A stretch of DNA of 64,000 nucleotides from the NCBI GenBank assembly GCA_021818025.1, contig JAKAFH010000002.1, positions 15,878-79,877 on the forward strand, written 5' to 3'. The number at the start of each line of letters is the position of its first letter. The first letter of the stretch is position 1. The translations under genes were made by a program, and so were the position numbers. Shown piece by piece: positions 10,786 through 18,341 of the stretch. The notes below the pieces were generated by a model that was given only the letters and a program-made list of their open reading frames with translations, was not told where the DNA came from and ran no database searches. Source of the stretch: Actinomycetes bacterium. GTDB lineage: Bacteria > Actinomycetota > Acidimicrobiia > Acidimicrobiales > RAAP-2.

Positions 10786-10841
10786 GTTGCGCTCGAATCT
10801 AGTGACCCGAGGCGATTATCGAACCGGGGTTCGACGGGTGC

Positions 10842-11270
10842 TCAGGATTCCCGGCAACGGGCGCAGAGTCCGGCGATGGCCACGTGGTGTCGGTCGAGTC
10901 TGAAGTCGTAGGACTTGAGCAGGTCGGCACTCAGAGCGTCGAAGTGTCGCGACGGAATCTCGATGGTGACGCCGCAATTGGTGCACACCAGGTGGCCGTG
11001 GACCGCCCCGGCCAGGTGGTATACCGTCGCTGCGTGTCCGACGTGGGCGTGCACGACGAGGTCGAGTCGCTCCATCTCTTCGAGGATGCGGTACACGGTC
11101 GAAGGGCTGAGGTCCGCCGCGTAGCGCTGCGCCGCTTTGGTGACTTCTTCGGCGCTCAGGTGATCGGACTGCTCGACGAGAACGCGGGCGACGGCTCGTT
11201 TGGCGACGGTCACCCGTTTGCCGTCGGCGCGAAGGGCCGACAGGATGTCCTCGAATCGATCGCGGTCCAT
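10842..11270 (-). CDS. Fur-family transcriptional regulator
   Basis: 142 aa. Winged-helix N-terminal half, a His-rich HAHVGH..HGH region, and paired CxxC motifs (CTNC, CARC). Confidence 0.8.
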   Translation of the reverse strand: MDRDRFEDILSALRADGKRVTVAKRAVARVLVEQSDHLSAEEVTKAAQRYAADLSPSTVYRILEEMERLDLVVHAHVGHAATVYHLAGAVHGHLVCTNCGVTIEIPSRHFDALSADLLKSYDFRLDRHHVAIAGLCARCRES

Positions 11271-11276
11271 CGACCG

Positions 11277-11282
11277 AGATTA
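11277..11282 (-). promoter_or_regulatory. -10-like hexamer TAATCT, 6 nt before the fur-family ATG (leaderless-type)
   Basis: Minus-strand reading is TAATCT-cggtcg-ATG. No SD is possible at that spacing. Confidence 0.5.
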
Positions 11283-11310
11283 GACCGGACGCGAATCGAG
11301 CTGAGTCCCG

Positions 11311-11316
11311 TAATCT
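11311..11316 (+). promoter_or_regulatory. -10-like hexamer TAATCT, 6 nt before the msrA ATG (leaderless-type)
   Basis: TAATCT-gcccct-ATG. Mirror image of the fur-side element within a 52-bp intergenic region. Confidence 0.5.
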
Positions 11317-11322
11317 GCCCCT

Positions 11323-11964
11323 ATGCACTCGTCTCAAACAATGGTGTCCGCCACCGAGGCCCTGGCGGGTCGCTCCGAGCCAATCGTGGTCGATCGACCC
11401 CACCTTGTCCTCGGGACCGACCTCGACGCGCCGGTGGATCCAGCCCACGAAGTCGCCTACCTCGCGATGGGCTGCTTCTGGGGAGCCGAGCGATTGTTCT
11501 ATCGCCTGGCGGGTGTCGTCTCAACGTCGGTCGGCTACCAGGGCGGCTTCACGCCGAACCCGACCTACCGTGAGGTCTGCACCGGTCTGACCGGACACGC
11601 GGAGACCGTTCGGGTGGTCTTTGATCCGTCGGTGCTCTCGTATTCGTCGATCTTGGCGGCCTTCTTCGAAGGGCACGATCCGACCCAGGGACACCGGCAG
11701 GGCAATGACGTCGGTACCCAGTACCGCAGTGCGGTGTTCACGACGTCGAAGGAGCAGTCTCGCATCGCCGTCGACGTTGCGGCTCGCTACCAGGGTCAGT
11801 TGCTCGCGGCGGGCTTCGGTCCGATTACCACCGAGATCGAACCGGCCGGTCCGTTCTACCTGGCTGAGGAGTACCACCAGCAGTACCTGCAGGCCAATCC
11901 CGATGGGTACTGCGGCATCGGTGGCACGGGCGTGAGTTGTCCGATTGGGCTTCTCGGTCGCTAA
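11323..11964 (+). CDS. msrA: peptide-methionine (S)-S-oxide reductase
   Basis: 213 aa with the MsrA active-site motif GCFWGAE and conserved downstream blocks ([21 protein letters not shown]). Confidence 0.9.
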   Translation: MHSSQTMVSATEALAGRSEPIVVDRPHLVLGTDLDAPVDPAHEVAYLAMGCFWGAERLFYRLAGVVSTSVGYQGGFTPNPTYREVCTGLTGHAETVRVVFDPSVLSYSSILAAFFEGHDPTQGHRQGNDVGTQYRSAVFTTSKEQSRIAVDVAARYQGQLLAAGFGPITTEIEPAGPFYLAEEYHQQYLQANPDGYCGIGGTGVSCPIGLLGR

Positions 11965-12920
11965 CGGGCGAGACCCCGCAGGATCGACTCGGCCTGGGCG
12001 TTGATTCGCGCGACGAGCTCGCCCGCTCCCACGAGCTCGGTGATGCCGCCAACCGACTGGCCGGCGGGGTAGGCCTCAATCCGTTCATCGACGCCTGGTG
12101 TGGCATCGTCACCGCCGAGGTGAAACGAGCCATCCGAGAGTGATACGAGCAATTGGTCGGGGAATGGTCGTAACAGGGCCGGGTCGGCCTCGTAGCGATC
12201 AGTTCGTTCGTTGCGCAGCACGCGCATTGTCTTGCCGGTGTAGGCCCGCGAGATGGTCGTGGCGTCCTCGGCGCCGCCAACGATGTGCTCTTTGAATCCG
12301 CGTACCGCGCGCGCCTCGGGCGTGGCAATGAATCGGGTGCCAATCCACACGCCGGCGGCGCCCAGGGCGAGCGCCGCCGCGAGTCCTCGGCCGTCGAAGA
12401 TCCCGCCGGCGGCGACCACGGGAATCGAATCGCCCACCGCGTCGACCACGAGGGGGACGAGTGGCATGGTGGCCACTGAGCCGGTGTGGCCACCAGCCTC
12501 GGTACCCTGGGCGATAACGGCGTCACAGCCGCTGTCGAGCGCGCGACGGGCGTGTTCCACTTTGCCACACAGCGACATCACGAGCACGCCTTGTCGATGG
12601 CACGTGTCAATGACGTGGCGTGGCACGCCCAGACCTGCGACGAAGACCGTCGCGCCACCTTCGATCAAGAGCTCGACGTTTCGCTCGAGCGACTCGGGGA
12701 ACGCGGTGAGCAAGTCAACGCCAAACGGGCGGTCGGTCGCCGCGCGAACCTCGGCGATTTGGGCGACCAGCTCGTCGCTGGTCATCGTCGATGCGCCGAG
12801 GCACCCGAAACCGCCGGCGCGCGAGACGGCGCTGACCAGTGCGCTATAGGAGACACCACCCATGCCGGCGAGCATGACCGGAACGTCGATCGCTAGCAGT
12901 TCTGTCAGTCGTGTCTTCAC
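11961..12920 (-). CDS. nitronate monooxygenase / FMN-dependent enoyl reductase family (NMO)
   Basis: 319 aa. [18 protein letters not shown]-terminus and [29 protein letters not shown]-barrel motif. GGAGGGGA SD before GTG 12920. Confidence 0.8.
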   Translation of the reverse strand: MKTRLTELLAIDVPVMLAGMGGVSYSALVSAVSRAGGFGCLGASTMTSDELVAQIAEVRAATDRPFGVDLLTAFPESLERNVELLIEGGATVFVAGLGVPRHVIDTCHRQGVLVMSLCGKVEHARRALDSGCDAVIAQGTEAGGHTGSVATMPLVPLVVDAVGDSIPVVAAGGIFDGRGLAAALALGAAGVWIGTRFIATPEARAVRGFKEHIVGGAEDATTISRAYTGKTMRVLRNERTDRYEADPALLRPFPDQLLVSLSDGSFHLGGDDATPGVDERIEAYPAGQSVGGITELVGAGELVARINAQAESILRGLAR

Positions 12921-13002
12921 GCGTCCCCTCCGTCGGCACGACCGTACCGCGAGTTGGCGAGGCGGCGTGGCCCGATTGCGCCGATGATTGCGGCGATGGT
13001 CG

Positions 13003-13362
13003 AGGCGCCGAGCCCACTACGATCGCCGGCGCCGCAGTCGCGGTCATCGCGCCGACGGCGGCGAGGACCGGTGCTGCCGCGTGGCGCCAGTGCGCCAGGG
13101 CTCCCCGGCGCCGCTCGCGGACCAGTTCGAGCCCAACGCCAAAGAAGAGCACCGCCATCAGAATCGAGGCCGCAACGTCGTGGGGCGAGGTGAGCCCGAC
13201 GTCTTTCGCAACGCGACTCCGCCAGCCGAGGTTGACGATGCGCTCGTAACCGATCGGGTTCATCGACGACCACGCCAGGGCGGCGAGCGCACCGCCGACC
13301 ATGGTGAAGGCTGGCGCAGCGTCTCGGTCGAGCAGTCGTAGCGTTCCACCCGGCTCGGTCAC
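13003..13362 (-). pseudogene. truncated Na+/H+ antiporter NhaA remnant (N-terminal ~120 codons only)
   Basis: The ORF reads ..SILMAVLFFGVGLELVRERRRGAL..AAAPVLAAVGAM.., resembling NhaA helices II-IV (consensus recalled as NDGLMAxFFFxVGLEIKRE..AALPxxAAxGGM). Similarity ends about 80 nt before the NMO gene start, and the ORF tail overlaps that gene in another frame. Confidence 0.5.
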
Positions 13363-13381
13363 TGCGGTTCCGATTCCCTGC

Positions 13382-13867
13382 TCACGGGTGGCCCAACTTT
13401 ACGTGCCAGCCGTCGATGAGTCGTTGGCCGGCTTGAGTCAGAAGCGAAAGGCACGCGTCGAAGTCGTCATCCGTGCCGTAGTAGGGGTCGGCTACGTCGA
13501 GGTCGAGTCCCGGGCGAAGGAGGTTGCGAACCATTACGACCTCGGTGTTCGGGTTGGTCAGGCGATCGAGGACGTCAACGCGGTGCTCGCGAGTCATCAC
13601 CAAGACGAGGTCCTGTCGATCGAGGTACGCCGTATCGGCGTAGGTCGCTCGCGAGCCCGGTTCAGGGAATCCGGCCCGATCGAGCGCGCGTCGCGCCCTC
13701 GAATCCATGGGCGACCCGACGTGCCACCGGGCGGTGCCCGCGCTACTCACCGCGACCAGCGGTCCGAGCGTCGGGGTCGCTGCGAGCAGGTGGTTCAGTG
13801 CAACCTCGCCCATTGGCGAGCGACAGATATTTCCCGTGCAAACCACGGCGACGTGTAGTTGAGTCAT
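13382..13867 (-). CDS. low-molecular-weight protein-tyrosine phosphatase
   Basis: Start at ATG 13867 with AGGAAGG SD. The P-loop VVCTGNICRSPMGE (CX5R) sits at the N-terminus and DPYYG near the C-terminus. The track ORF to 14056 is an unsupported extension. Confidence 0.85.
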   Translation of the reverse strand: MTQLHVAVVCTGNICRSPMGEVALNHLLAATPTLGPLVAVSSAGTARWHVGSPMDSRARRALDRAGFPEPGSRATYADTAYLDRQDLVLVMTREHRVDVLDRLTNPNTEVVMVRNLLRPGLDLDVADPYYGTDDDFDACLSLLTQAGQRLIDGWHVKLGHP

Positions 13868-13958
13868 AAACCTTCCTGACGTCGCCACGGGTGAGAACTT
13901 GACGTGCGTTCTTTGACAACAAGACGGTACGATAATTCCGAGACGGAAAGGGGAAGCG

Positions 13959-14345
13959 ATGCCACTGTCAGAGCACGAACAGCGGATTTTGGCCGAGCTT
14001 GAAGAGTCGCTTTCCAAGCAAGATCCCCGATTCGCAAAGTCAGTGCGCGAAACCAACGTCTATTCGCACGGTGGCCGTCGCGTTCGCTGGGGCGCCGCCG
14101 GCTTCGTCGTTGGTTTAGCCATCTTGGTCCTGTTCTTCTCGCGATCCATCGTCATCGGACTCGGCGGTGTGCTCCTGATGTTCATCTCGGCCATCGTCAT
14201 TGAGCGCAACGCTCGGCTGCTCGGCCGCGCATCCTGGCAGGATCTCACGCGTCACATTCGTGGTGATGAGACGCACACGACCGAGAGCCCACGGGCCCGG
14301 TCGCTTCGCGACTGGTTTTCGCGCCAACGTAATAAAGACCAGTGA
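13959..14345 (+). CDS. DUF3040-type membrane protein
   Basis: 128 aa. MPLSEHEQRILAELEESLSKQDPRFA N-terminus followed by two TM segments. This family typically lies upstream of actinobacterial dcw clusters (from memory). Confidence 0.7.
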   Translation: MPLSEHEQRILAELEESLSKQDPRFAKSVRETNVYSHGGRRVRWGAAGFVVGLAILVLFFSRSIVIGLGGVLLMFISAIVIERNARLLGRASWQDLTRHIRGDETHTTESPRARSLRDWFSRQRNKDQ

Positions 14346-14731
14346 TCCCCTCGGGGGACCTGTGCCGCGCCCCGGTGCTGGCCGTCAACGTTGGCGCGAC
14401 CAAGACTGATGTGGCGCTGGCCGCTGCTAACGGGATCCTGCACGAACGTCGTCTGCTGGAGCTCGCGCACGACGGTGACATTGCCGCTGGGCCCGTGTCG
14501 ATGCTTCGCACGCTGCCAACGGGCAAGAACGTCGCGGCCGATGGCGCGGGCTGTGCGGGTTCGTTCGCCCTCGGCTACGCCGACGAGTTCTTCGACAGTG
14601 CCAATGCCGCGGCGACCCACGTATCGGCCATGCCCTACACGACGGACCTGCACATCGAACCATCCGGACCGGGCGCCGATGGTCCACTCCTCGGCGCGGC
14701 GTACGTCGCCTGGCTCGGGGTCGCGTCATGA
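14342..14731 (+). CDS. hypothetical protein, short sugar-kinase (ASKHA/BadF/ROK)-like remnant
   Basis: 129 aa; GTG overlaps the upstream stop (GTGA). VLAVNVGATKTDVAL resembles the phosphate-1 motif and GPLLGAAYVAWLG the C-terminal helix of ASKHA kinases, but the central ~170 aa are absent. Confidence 0.4.
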   Translation: MIPSGDLCRAPVLAVNVGATKTDVALAAANGILHERRLLELAHDGDIAAGPVSMLRTLPTGKNVAADGAGCAGSFALGYADEFFDSANAAATHVSAMPYTTDLHIEPSGPGADGPLLGAAYVAWLGVAS

Positions 14732-14982
14732 GCTCGTGGTGGCCGCCGAAGTTCGGTCGATACTTGGCGACGCACCCCCGAGACCTACCCCTGGTGATCG
14801 CTGGCGCGTGGGCGATGCGGCGAAACCGGTGGTGGCGGCGGGCGCCGTACCTGCCAATTCCCGACGATGCGTATTGGCGATTCCGCCTGAGCACCTTTGA
14901 TGGCTCGCCGACGGCGCGCCTCGATCCCCGCGAGGTGGTTGAGGCGGCGAGATGGTCGCATCATCAGCGGAGCAGAGGGTAG
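14728..14982 (+). CDS. hypothetical protein (Trp/Arg-rich, 84 aa)
   Basis: ATG overlaps the upstream stop (ATGA). Codon usage looks coding. No family recognised. Confidence 0.4.
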   Translation: MSSWWPPKFGRYLATHPRDLPLVIAGAWAMRRNRWWRRAPYLPIPDDAYWRFRLSTFDGSPTARLDPREVVEAARWSHHQRSRG

Positions 14983-14985
14983 GTT
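14980..14985 (+). promoter_or_regulatory. -10-like hexamer TAGGTT, 6 nt before the HNH gene GTG (leaderless-type)
   Basis: TAGGTT-gggccg-GTG. Confidence 0.45.
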
Positions 14986-14991
14986 GGGCCG

Positions 14992-15498
14992 GTGGGCCGC
15001 GTCTTGTTGCTCAACGCCACCTTTGAGCCTCTCCAGTTGGTCAGCGAGCGCCGAGCCGTCGTCCTGGTCTTGGGTGGTCGCGCCGAGCCAATCGCCACTG
15101 ACGAAGACCCGATCGTCTTCCGGTCGGCGTCGATCGCGGTCCCGATTCCGGCGATCGTGCGACTCAGTGAGATGGTGAAGCTACCGGCGAAGGTGCGCAC
15201 ACCACCGCTCACTCGCCGAGCCCTGCTGCTTCGCGACGGGTATCGGTGCGCATACTGCCTCGAGCACGCCGACACGATCGACCACATCGTGCCACGCAGT
15301 CGCGGTGGCGAGCACTCGTGGACGAACGTCGTCGCTGCCTGCCGTCGACACAACATGCAAAAGGGTGATCGACTCCTCGAAGAGCTCGGATGGCGGTTGC
15401 AGATTGAGCCGCGGGTTCCCGATGGCCTCTGGTGGCGATGGCGCTACCTGCCCGACTCACATCCGCTGTGGGAGCCCTATCTGCCCCGTGCGTCGTGA
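14992..15498 (+). CDS. HNH endonuclease domain protein
   Basis: 168 aa. CAYC..DHIVPRSRGGEHSWTNVVAACRRHNMQK is a canonical HNH/zinc-finger core. Confidence 0.8.
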   Translation: MGRVLLLNATFEPLQLVSERRAVVLVLGGRAEPIATDEDPIVFRSASIAVPIPAIVRLSEMVKLPAKVRTPPLTRRALLLRDGYRCAYCLEHADTIDHIVPRSRGGEHSWTNVVAACRRHNMQKGDRLLEELGWRLQIEPRVPDGLWWRWRYLPDSHPLWEPYLPRAS

Positions 15499-16163
15499 CG
15501 GCGTCGGACGAGGACATTGAGGAACTGTACGACTACGACGCCTTACGGGCCGTCACTGAGCCCTCCGCATTCATCGTGCACGTTGAAGAGTCGACTGTCG
15601 TGCTCGGCAGTCGCCAGCGGGTCGACCTCTTGACCGACGAGTTTCGAAGGTCATGCACAATACGGCGTCGCCGTGGTGGTGGTGGAATCGTGCTCATTCA
15701 GCCCGGCGATTTCTGGGTCGATTGGTGGATCCCATCGAGCGACCGTCGTTGGTCCGCCGATTTGCGCGAGACGTCGCGACAGGGTGGTCATCGGTGGCGC
15801 GAGGCCCTTCGTGGCGAGGTCGTCGGCGAGCTCACCGTGCACGACGGACCGCTCGAGGTCGATGGCGCCTTAGGCGTCGTGTGCTTTACTGGACGCGGCC
15901 CGGGTGAAGTCTTCATGGGCGATCGAAAGGTGGTCGGCGTCACCCAGTGGCGCGTTCGCGAAGGCACCCTCGTCTCGACGGTGCTGCACGGACATCCAAC
16001 CCTGCCGCTCGTCGCCGGTTTGGCTGACCCGCCCCCGGGCATCGAGCAGGCCCTCGGACATCACACCACGGCATCACTCGGCCTCGACGCCGATGCGATC
16101 GTGCGCAACTTGGTGTTGATTGACGGGCCGTGGACAGCGCGCCAACTTCTGCTGTCTGACTGA
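15495..16163 (+). CDS. biotin/lipoate protein ligase (BPL/LPL) family protein, putative
   Basis: GTG 15495 overlaps the HNH stop (GTGA). VVLGSRQ..IRRRRGGGGIVLIQPGD resembles the LplA/LipB catalytic-domain motif RRxSGGGAV. Confidence 0.45.
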   Translation: MTASDEDIEELYDYDALRAVTEPSAFIVHVEESTVVLGSRQRVDLLTDEFRRSCTIRRRRGGGGIVLIQPGDFWVDWWIPSSDRRWSADLRETSRQGGHRWREALRGEVVGELTVHDGPLEVDGALGVVCFTGRGPGEVFMGDRKVVGVTQWRVREGTLVSTVLHGHPTLPLVAGLADPPPGIEQALGHHTTASLGLDADAIVRNLVLIDGPWTARQLLLSD

Positions 16164-16370
16164 CTGTCGGTCCAGCACCTGCGGTGCGATGGGCGAGGTG
16201 GCGAAGCGCCGCGCATCGTGACGTCTCGTTACGGCTCGTGTCGCAAGTCCCATGGGTGCACCGGTCAACTTCCGCTCAAGCAGGCACGATCGAGGGGGCG
16301 CGTGACCCTGCGCGAGCCACCGGGGTGTGATGTTCCACGAGTCGCGCCAAGGGGGAGGAGCGGCCAAAAA

Positions 16371-16426
16371 GTGGTGCAAAAAGGAGTTGGGTGGTGTATT
16401 GTGTCGCGAAGTGGGGCAAAGTGGTG
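16371..16426 (+). promoter_or_regulatory. phased GTGG(T/G)G direct repeats, putative MraZ operator
   Basis: GTGGTG at 16371, GTGGTG at 16391, GTGGGG at 16411 and GTGGTG at 16421. All offsets are multiples of 10 bp. Three are preceded by A-rich AAA(A)/GAA. They lie 20-75 nt upstream of the mraZ start. Confidence 0.5.
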
Positions 16427-16444
16427 ATCTAGAGGAGGCGTGAG

Positions 16445-16864
16445 GTGATCGGGTTCGTTGGCCAGTTCCAGCATTCGCTGGATGCCAAGGGACGCCTCAT
16501 CCTGCCCGCGCGGTTCCGCAGCGAGTTCGAGCGGGGCGGTCATCTCAGTCCCAATACCGAGGGCTGCATCGCGCTCTGGACACCCGGTGAGTTCGCCCGC
16601 CAGACCGAGGAGCGGTTGGCACAGAGTCGACGCGGTGGGGCACAGGATCGTCAGCAGGCGCGGTACTGGGCGGCGAACTCGTCTGATGTCGAATTCGATC
16701 GCCAGGGCCGATTCGCGCTCCCGTCGGTCATTCGCGACTACGGCGGTCTGCGCGACGACGTTCTGATCGTTGGCGCCCTCGATCACGTGGAGCTGTGGGA
16801 CCCGCAACGTTACGCAACGGCCGTCGGTCCGGCAGAACGGATGTTCAAAGACGGTGGCGAATGA
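16445..16864 (+). CDS. mraZ: transcriptional regulator MraZ
   Basis: 139 aa, AGAGGAGG SD. Two SpoVT/AbrB-like repeats with the DxxGR motif (LDAKGRLILP, FDRQGRFALP). Confidence 0.9.
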   Translation: MIGFVGQFQHSLDAKGRLILPARFRSEFERGGHLSPNTEGCIALWTPGEFARQTEERLAQSRRGGAQDRQQARYWAANSSDVEFDRQGRFALPSVIRDYGGLRDDVLIVGALDHVELWDPQRYATAVGPAERMFKDGGE

Positions 16865-17895
16865 CGAACGCCGCCACGCTGACGACCGCGAGGTACTCGG
16901 CACACGACTTGCAGCCCCCGACGCCAGTCGAACCGTGCCAACGCGCGAGCGTGAGCATGGTTGAGGACTACCACCGACCCGTTCTCGTCGACGAGATCGT
17001 CGAACTGTGCCGCGACCTTCCCGCCGGAATCATCGTTGACGCCACCTTGGGCGGTGGCGGGCACGCCGCGGCCATCCTCGATGCCGTCGCGCACGTGAAG
17101 GTCGTTGGCATCGACCGGGACGCGGAGGCGCGCGCCGCCGCCGCGACGCGCCTCGCGCCGTACGGCGACCGGTCGCGGATCGTCTCGGCGTCCTTCGCCG
17201 ACATCGCGGCCGTGCTCCGATCGAACAGCGACTTCGTCGGCGACCAGTCGATCATCGGTGTGCTGCTGGATCTGGGCGTCTCGTCGCATCAACTCGATGA
17301 TCCGTCAAGAGGGTTCTCGTTCCGCTTCGACGCCCCGCTCGACATGCGCATGGACGCCTCAAGCGGCGAGACCGCCGCGGAGTTGATCGCTCGCATCTCC
17401 CAAGACGAGTTTGTCCAGTTGTTACGCGCCAACGGTGAGGGGCGATACGCCCGGGCCATCGCTTTGGCCGTGCTCGAGGGCCATCCGACGACCACTGGTG
17501 AGTTGGTTGGCTTGGTGGAGCGCGCCGTTCCGATCCCGGCTCGGCGGCGAGGAAACGTCGCAACGAGGGTGTTCCAGGCGTTGCGCATCGCGGTCAACGA
17601 CGAGGAACGCCAGCTCCACGACGGCCTCCAAGGTGCCTTCGACGCGCTGTCGCCCACCGGCGTCCTGATGGTGATCTCGTATCACTCCGGCGAGGACCGC
17701 GCGGTCAAGACGTTCTTGCACGAGCTGTCCACGGGCGGCTGCCACTGCCCGCCGGAGCTCGGCTGCGTGTGCGGGGCGGTTCCCCAAGCGCGAATTCTTC
17801 GGGCGAGTGCCGTGCTGGCTAGCCCTAGCGAGATTGCGTCCAATCCACGGGCGCGATCCGCTCGACTACGCGTCGGATGGAAGTTGGCGCGATGA
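16861..17895 (+). CDS. rsmH: 16S rRNA (cytosine1402-N4)-methyltransferase RsmH
   Basis: HRPVLVDEIV, DATLGGGGHA and SxHQLD motifs. ATG 16861 overlaps the mraZ stop (ATGA); ATG 16957 is an alternative start. Confidence 0.9.
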   Translation: MTNAATLTTARYSAHDLQPPTPVEPCQRASVSMVEDYHRPVLVDEIVELCRDLPAGIIVDATLGGGGHAAAILDAVAHVKVVGIDRDAEARAAAATRLAPYGDRSRIVSASFADIAAVLRSNSDFVGDQSIIGVLLDLGVSSHQLDDPSRGFSFRFDAPLDMRMDASSGETAAELIARISQDEFVQLLRANGEGRYARAIALAVLEGHPTTTGELVGLVERAVPIPARRRGNVATRVFQALRIAVNDEERQLHDGLQGAFDALSPTGVLMVISYHSGEDRAVKTFLHELSTGGCHCPPELGCVCGAVPQARILRASAVLASPSEIASNPRARSARLRVGWKLAR

Positions 17896-18341
17896 GCGTC
17901 ATAGCTTTCCCCCGACGCGTCGAACGACGGCTCGGTTCGCCGAGCCGACCAGCGACCAGGACCGCCGGCTCACGAACCCAGGTGTCGCACCGGCGCCGCG
18001 CGCGCGCGCGCTGGCGCAACGTCTCTGCGGCCCGTCGATCCGTCATCGTCATGGGCGTCGCGCTCGTGGTGTCGCTGGGCGGGAGCATGGTGGTGGCCAA
18101 CCGGCAGGTGCAGCTCCAACGACTCCAGAGTGCCCTCCTGCAGGCACAGTCGAACTACGCCGTGCAAGTCGGATCAGCGACCAACGCCTCCGCACCGAGT
18201 CAGATCGCGTCAAGGGCGGGCGCGTTGCATCTGGTTGACCCCACGTCGGTGACGCAAGTCCCCGCCACGTCGCTTGAGAGGCCGCTGCCGTTGCCGCAGT
18301 ACAACGGGTACGCACCGGTCACATCAAGGACGAGTCGGTGA
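17892..18341 (+). CDS. ftsL: cell division protein FtsL-like (bitopic membrane protein)
   Basis: Position between rsmH and ftsI. Basic N-terminus, a single TM (VIVMGVALVVSLGGSMVV), then a coiled-coil segment. ATG overlaps the rsmH stop. Confidence 0.65.
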   Translation: MSVIAFPRRVERRLGSPSRPATRTAGSRTQVSHRRRARARWRNVSAARRSVIVMGVALVVSLGGSMVVANRQVQLQRLQSALLQAQSNYAVQVGSATNASAPSQIASRAGALHLVDPTSVTQVPATSLERPLPLPQYNGYAPVTSRTSR

